This document shows positions 44,074-48,995 of a DNA stretch of 48,995 nucleotides, in pieces; position 1 is the first letter of the stretch, and each line of letters opens with the position of its first letter. This DNA comes from a virus (lineage: Duplodnaviria; Caudoviricetes), in the IMG/VR virus record IMGVR_UViG_3300042366_000970, positions 1-48,995 of that record. One strand, written 5' to 3'. The notes under the pieces were generated by a model. The model was not told where the DNA came from, searched no databases, and saw only the letters and a list, made by a program, of their open reading frames with translations. The translations under genes and the position numbers were made by a program.

Positions 44074-44984
44074 TTCCTGCTGCCTCTCAGCAACCACTGA
44101 CGCTGCTTGCGATGAAGGTCACCAGCCCATTGCGGCAACGCCGCATCGGGTTCGGTCGCTGCGGCAAAAACTTCGCAAAACATCTCTTCCGCGTTTGTGG
44201 TCGAGTACCTAGTCAACTCCCGTGACGCCTTCTCTTTGTCGATCTTTAAGTATTCCTGCTGCCACTCCCTTTGCTGGTCGCGGCTCAGCGTACTGAACAA
44301 CTGGTGCCCGTATTCGTGTCGAACGAGCGACTGATAGCCGCCGTACTCTCCAGCGGAATAAGCCCCCGGCACAAACGGCCCGCTAACAGGAAACGCCTTG
44401 CCGTACCCGGCGTCCTTTTTGTCGTAGACGTGGATAGCGCCACGATATTCCGCCATCGCAGAGTTTCCCTTTTCTGCGCGACGGAAAATGACAAGTGGGT
44501 GCCCGTGCTCTTCAGCAAACTCAGAAAAAGCTGCGTTGTCCGAAAGCCCAGCAACAGCGTCCTCGACTGACTTTTTCCTGCCTTGGTCTAAGTCAGTAAA
44601 CGCTGCCTTGTCCCCCTCGTTTAGTTTCTTGGAGCGAAATGTCTTTTCCCAATTCTTTGCGATTTCTTCTTGGCTTGGGGCGTTCGACATATCGTAACCG
44701 GCAGCTTGCCTCGCCATTACCCAAGACTTCACTTCGTCCGCGATCGCGACCGACGCATCCTTACCTGAGCTAACAGCCTTCGGCGACTGCCGTTTTCCAG
44801 CGCCGGAGTTCGCACCGCCGCCCCCGCCCTTATTCGTCCCGCAGGAATTGTCGATCCCGCCGCCTTCACCCGTCGGGCAAAAGCCGCGCCGCTCAATCAC
44901 CGCCTGCACGGCCCGCAGAATGCGGACGCACCGCAGCACGGCGTCGGAGTCTCCCTGTCGCGTTGGGCGAAAGACGGCGATCAC
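44070..44984 (-). CDS. Head-cargo protein with HExxH metallopeptidase
   Basis: CPTGEGGGIDNSC tag; VRHEYGH...RYSTTNAEEMFCE. Confidence 0.78.
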   Translation of the reverse strand: MIAVFRPTRQGDSDAVLRCVRILRAVQAVIERRGFCPTGEGGGIDNSCGTNKGGGGGANSGAGKRQSPKAVSSGKDASVAIADEVKSWVMARQAAGYDMSNAPSQEEIAKNWEKTFRSKKLNEGDKAAFTDLDQGRKKSVEDAVAGLSDNAAFSEFAEEHGHPLVIFRRAEKGNSAMAEYRGAIHVYDKKDAGYGKAFPVSGPFVPGAYSAGEYGGYQSLVRHEYGHQLFSTLSRDQQREWQQEYLKIDKEKASRELTRYSTTNAEEMFCEVFAAATEPDAALPQWAGDLHRKQRQWLLRGSRK

Positions 44985-46831
44985 TTACGGCGGCTCCGCG
45001 ACTTCGGCTTATCCTCGCACTCGTCGCACGGCTCCGCGGGCGTGATCGTCTGCGGGCTGTCATCCACCCACACGTCTACGTTGATGCCAGCCGCCTGGGC
45101 CGCGTCGGCCTTGAGCGTGTCGCCACCCACGAGCAACACCTGAGAGAACGCCTCCGCGTAGTCGCCCAGCGCGTCCGTCACGGTCTGGCGGTCCTCCTCG
45201 GGGCGGCGGGAGATCATCACGACCGTGTTGCCTTCGGACACCGCCTTGCGGGCGAACTCGCCCCACATGGTCGGGTCGGCCGCAAACGTGCGGTCGAAGT
45301 CGATGCTGATCGTCATGGCCCGCGACTCCACCGACTGCGAGCGGGCCGCAGGGGCCGCGGCTGCAGGCGGCACGGGAGCCTGTGCGGGCTCCTCTTGCTT
45401 CACCACGACCCCTTGCAGGATCGTCTCGACACGGGCCGCAGAGAGCACCGGGAAGGCCGCGGCGATGATCGCCCTGGCGGCATCCACCGACAGGAGCCCG
45501 TCGGTGATTTGCTTGACCACGGTCAGGAGCGACGAGACCTCCGCGGTCGTCAGGCTCGTCTCCGCCGACTCGCCCGGCGTCGCGGGCACCACCGGCTCGC
45601 CAGCCGCAGCGGCCAGCCCGCCCTCGACCGCCTGCCCGTCGATCCCGCTGCCCGGCTGTTGCTGGGCCAGCACGTCGCCTTCGGTCGGCTTCTCGCCCAG
45701 CGTGCCCATGTTGAGCGGGCGATATCGCACGTCGCCGCCTTCGACCGGGTCCATGTTCTCGGTCGCTCTGATGTCGTTTGTTGAAACGACGCCGATGTCC
45801 CACATCGCACGAAAATACGATGCCCTGCTGGCCGCGTCGCCACGGAGCAATCCCCGCACGTCGAACTCGACTAGATAGCGATCGTCGTCAATCAGATCGC
45901 GCATGAACGCCGACTCAAACCGCCGCAGCCACGGCATGATGCAGTGAGTCACGAACTCAATGTCGGCCTGGGCACTGCCCGCACCAGACCCGAGGAGATG
46001 ACCGGGCACCCGGAAGAGCCGGGCGATCTCGTCCAACTGGTAACGCCGCAGCTCCAAAAACTGCGCATCCGAATTGCTCGACTGCGGGATCTCGTAGGGC
46101 TTGAGCCCGCCCGTGAGTACGGCCGTGTTGTGGGAATTTCCCACTCCGCCATGACGCCGGTCCCACTGCGACCGCAGCGCCTCGCGGGCCTCCGCGTTCA
46201 AGTTGCCGTCCGTCGAGAGTACAAACCCGGGGCGGGCACCGGCTGCGAAAAATCGAGCCCCGTGCAACTCGCAAGCCCGGGCTAGTGCGATGGCGTCCCT
46301 GCACTCCTCCACAATCGACATCCCGTTGATGCCGTCGTCGGAGGGGCCGCGAATCTGGAGGATCTGCTCGTTCGAGTAGACCGTCTCCGTGCCCTTGTCT
46401 TCGCGAAACTTGTAGCGAATCTTGCCGTTCTCGATCCGCTCGACCTTCATCCGACTGGGATGGAGCGGCACGATCTGCCCGGCTTTCAATTCCGAAAACG
46501 CGTTACCCCAGAGGCCGACGTGAAAGACGGCCTGCTCACGCCACTCGAAGCTCGTCTGCCACCCGTTCGGCTGGCTGTGCAGTTGGCGGTAGAGCGGCAG
46601 TTCGCGGGCGACCCGCTTGCCACCCCCAGGCGTCCGCTCCAAGACGTGCAGCGGCAGGCTCGCCACCGTCTCCGCGATCACCCGCAGGCACGCGAAAACG
46701 GCGGCGACTTGGTGGGCGTTGTTCGAGTCGATGCGGACGCCCGCCGAACTCCGCGAGTCGCCGTCCTCATCCCACATGCGGGCCTCGCCGGGGAGCCAGA
46801 GGATGCGGTGTTCTTTGTTCTTGGCGATCAT
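44981..46831 (-). CDS. HK97-family portal protein with C-terminal HAD-like extension
   Basis: AVFACLRVIAETVASLPL, PLHPSR, IARLFRVP; C-terminal IDFDRT...ISRR...K...WVDD. Confidence 0.93.
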   Translation of the reverse strand: MIAKNKEHRILWLPGEARMWDEDGDSRSSAGVRIDSNNAHQVAAVFACLRVIAETVASLPLHVLERTPGGGKRVARELPLYRQLHSQPNGWQTSFEWREQAVFHVGLWGNAFSELKAGQIVPLHPSRMKVERIENGKIRYKFREDKGTETVYSNEQILQIRGPSDDGINGMSIVEECRDAIALARACELHGARFFAAGARPGFVLSTDGNLNAEAREALRSQWDRRHGGVGNSHNTAVLTGGLKPYEIPQSSNSDAQFLELRRYQLDEIARLFRVPGHLLGSGAGSAQADIEFVTHCIMPWLRRFESAFMRDLIDDDRYLVEFDVRGLLRGDAASRASYFRAMWDIGVVSTNDIRATENMDPVEGGDVRYRPLNMGTLGEKPTEGDVLAQQQPGSGIDGQAVEGGLAAAAGEPVVPATPGESAETSLTTAEVSSLLTVVKQITDGLLSVDAARAIIAAAFPVLSAARVETILQGVVVKQEEPAQAPVPPAAAAPAARSQSVESRAMTISIDFDRTFAADPTMWGEFARKAVSEGNTVVMISRRPEEDRQTVTDALGDYAEAFSQVLLVGGDTLKADAAQAAGINVDVWVDDSPQTITPAEPCDECEDKPKSRSRRK

Positions 46832-48450
46832 ATGAAGAAGATTTCTGGGCCGTTACCGGCCGCGTTCGTGATGCTGTTTGCTTCCCAATAGCCCAGAGCG
46901 AATATCAAGGCCACGATGCCGTCGATGCGGCCGGTGCTCTTTTTCTTCACGGGGCGAACGTCCTCGAACGCATTTGTCTCCACCGTGACGCAACCGGCCA
47001 TCCACGAGAGCACCGGGTTGCCGCCGTGGCGGATCCTCTGTTGGAGCGTCAGCGACTCAAGCAGCTTCGTGGGACTGCTCATGTGCCGAAACCCTTGCCC
47101 GTATGATTCCACGTCCAGCCCGGCCCCTTGCAGTTCCACCGACAACTGGACGGCTCCGCTGATGTCCATCAGCACCTTCTGCACTTGGTGCTTCTTTGAG
47201 TATTCGAGGACGTATTCGCGGATCGAGGCGTGGTCGATGACGTTGCCGTCCGTCGCCTTGATCCAGCCTTGGTTGACCCAGTGCTGGAACGGCTGCCGAT
47301 CCGTCCGCTCCCGCTCCATGATCAAATCGCGGGGAGCCCAAAACATCGGGTCAATGTCAAACGTGCCGTCTTCGTTGGGGAACAACGCCACGCACGCCGA
47401 CAAGTCGGTGCTCTTCGACAAGTCCATGCCGATGATGCACTTCCGCCCGGCCAGCGGCTCGACCGGCTCGCCCGAACACGCCGCCCACTTCTCCGGGTCA
47501 ATCCACCGCTGCGAACTCTCGACCCAGACTCCAAGGGAGTAACGCAGCCACCCGTTGAGTTTCGTACTCTTGTTCCTGGCCTCCTGGGCATCCGCGGCGA
47601 ATGACTCCTCGGTCATGGTGATACCCATGCCGGGGTTGCAGCGCCTCCACACGGCCGGGTCAAAGTAGTCGTCGGTCCCGTCGGCCTTCGCCGCAAAAAT
47701 CTTGCCGTAGAACCGGGGGTCGTAGTTCGGGTCGGCGATCACCTGTTCCGCGTACTCGTGCTGCTCCCAGCAAATCGTGTCGCGGCGGTCTCCGGCCGTG
47801 GTGATCGTGCAGAGCAGCGGTTCGGGTCTGGATCGGCCGGAGTACCGCAGCGCCTCAAATAGACGCCTGTCGGGCCACGCGTGCAGCTCGTCGCAAAACA
47901 CAAACGAGTACGACGGGCCTTCTGCGGCACCGGCGTCTCGGGAGATCACCCGCAGATTGGAGTCGGTGGCGGCGCAGTAGATCGTCTTGCGGCTGTCGAT
48001 GACTTCGAGCACCGACTTGAGTTCAGGCGACCTCTTCACCATCGCGGCCGTTTCGTCAAAGATGATCGCCGCTTGGTTGCGGTCCTTTGCGGCGATGCAA
48101 CCCAACTCGCCCTGGCCCTCCATCAGAAGGTGCCAGACGGAAAGGCAGGAGAGCAGCGTACTTTTGGCATTCTTCTTGGGCACCTCTATGTACGCCAAAC
48201 GATAGCGACGCTTGTTGTCGGTTCCTTGCCACCCATAGAGCGGCTCGATTACGTCTTCGATGTGCCACTTGAGCAGCCGCATCGGATCGCCCGCACGCGC
48301 GGTCGGCGAGTCCTTCGTGTGGCAGCAGACCGCTTCGAGGAACTGCTGCACGAGCTTCGGCTGTTCGTCGTTGTACGTGAAGCCCTTGACGGCCTCACGT
48401 CGCCTTTTTTCTGGCAAGGAACGAAGCGAGCTTGCTTTCTTGCTTGGCAT
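46828..48450 (-). CDS. terL: Terminase large subunit
   Basis: PKKNAKST (variant Walker A), FCDELH, ITTAG, GMDLSKSTDL, RIDGIVA. Confidence 0.96.
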   Translation of the reverse strand: MPSKKASSLRSLPEKRRREAVKGFTYNDEQPKLVQQFLEAVCCHTKDSPTARAGDPMRLLKWHIEDVIEPLYGWQGTDNKRRYRLAYIEVPKKNAKSTLLSCLSVWHLLMEGQGELGCIAAKDRNQAAIIFDETAAMVKRSPELKSVLEVIDSRKTIYCAATDSNLRVISRDAGAAEGPSYSFVFCDELHAWPDRRLFEALRYSGRSRPEPLLCTITTAGDRRDTICWEQHEYAEQVIADPNYDPRFYGKIFAAKADGTDDYFDPAVWRRCNPGMGITMTEESFAADAQEARNKSTKLNGWLRYSLGVWVESSQRWIDPEKWAACSGEPVEPLAGRKCIIGMDLSKSTDLSACVALFPNEDGTFDIDPMFWAPRDLIMERERTDRQPFQHWVNQGWIKATDGNVIDHASIREYVLEYSKKHQVQKVLMDISGAVQLSVELQGAGLDVESYGQGFRHMSSPTKLLESLTLQQRIRHGGNPVLSWMAGCVTVETNAFEDVRPVKKKSTGRIDGIVALIFALGYWEANSITNAAGNGPEIFFI

Positions 48451-48886
48451 CCGGCTCCACCTTTAGCGACACCCGCGCGGCTGGCGACAAGCCGAAGTCC
48501 GCTTCCAGTTGCCGCAACTGCTGGGCCAGTTTGTGAGCGATCGAAACCTCTGGCCGTTGGGCGATGTACTTCACCTCGCCGCCGTCGTTGAGGATCGGGT
48601 AGGTATCGCCTTCCTTCTTCAGTTTCTCGCGCACTGCAAGCCACCACTCCCACGTGTCGCAATACCGGGCGAGCGCCTCGACATCGGCCCGGGTCATCAC
48701 GCGAACGCCTTCGAGCATCGGGAGCAACTCCCGCCAGCGAGCGGCGGCGACTTCGCCCAGGTGCGGCGGCATGACGATGCCGTCCGCTGGCGGCTTCGGC
48801 TCTTGCTTGTTCAGCGGGCGGCAGCCGGGGTTGCCTCGCACGATCTTGAGTTGTGTCGGAGTCGGACGCGGTCCGCGCTTGCCCAT
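48395..48886 (-). CDS. terS: Terminase small subunit, P27 family
   Basis: RGPRPTPT...GNPG, LARYC, FGLSPAAR; start re-picked at MGKRG. Confidence 0.93.
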   Translation of the reverse strand: MGKRGPRPTPTQLKIVRGNPGCRPLNKQEPKPPADGIVMPPHLGEVAAARWRELLPMLEGVRVMTRADVEALARYCDTWEWWLAVREKLKKEGDTYPILNDGGEVKYIAQRPEVSIAHKLAQQLRQLEADFGLSPAARVSLKVEPDAKQESKLASFLARKKAT

Positions 48887-48926
48887 GTTTTCGCTCGGTG
48901 ATTTCAGGCGTGTTTTTGCTGCCACC

Positions 48927-48946
48927 AGAATCGGCAGCGCGTCAAG
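48927..48946 (-). promoter_or_regulatory. Class II promoter CTTGAC-N8-GATTCT upstream of terS
   Basis: Repeated motif. Confidence 0.55.
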
Positions 48947-48995
48947 CCGCCAGACCTACCCCCAAGGCATTACTTGCAAGCGACCCTTGACCCCA

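Larger units (their letters stand above)
1..48995 (-). mobile_element. Temperate tailed phage genome (siphovirus-like, HK97-type head), probably complete or near-complete
   Basis: Full set of packaging, head, tail, replication and integration genes; terS at one end and HNH at the other as in cos phages; no host housekeeping context. Confidence 0.93.

Noticed and set aside
1-48995. Alternative genetic code
   Set aside because: TAG, TGA and TAA all end well-formed genes, and coding density is high under the standard code

Overview
High-GC, apparently complete or near-complete temperate siphovirus-type genome. It reads terS-first on the minus strand and ends in an HNH gene, the HK97/lambda cos layout. 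Almost all genes are on the minus strand; the exception is a + strand tyrosine integrase at 23683-24570. Order on the minus strand: terS, terL, portal (with a C-terminal HAD-like extension), two HExxH metallopeptidase head-cargo proteins, prohead protease, small Zn-ribbon, MCP, decoration protein, glycosyltransferase, neck/tail genes, a G/GT frameshifted chaperone, tape measure, Cys-rich tail-tip proteins, fibre module 1, a metallophosphoesterase/Nmad1 cluster, int/xis, a replication block (Prim-Pol, Sak4-like ATPase, SSB-like, second recombinase, primase-helicase, iteron-bearing initiator, LexA-N, beta clamp), secreted protease/GNAT/RusA, a MTase plus two glycosyltransferases, a lysis-position cassette built around a papain-like peptidase with no canonical endolysin, fibre module 2, a DNA MTase and HNH. 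A Planctomycetota-like host is only an inference from protein style. The strongest sequence-level observations are: (1) a genome-wide two-class promoter code (TGCAAG-N17/18-YANNNT x8 and TTGAC-N8-NANNNT x7) with six apparently leaderless genes; (2) a putative capsid-cargo system with a shared C-x-T-G-x-G-G..N-x-C tag and E-x-R protease sites; (3) a protease-based lysis-position module. All calls come from reading motifs by eye; no database searches were run, and some start codons were re-picked relative to the ORF track.
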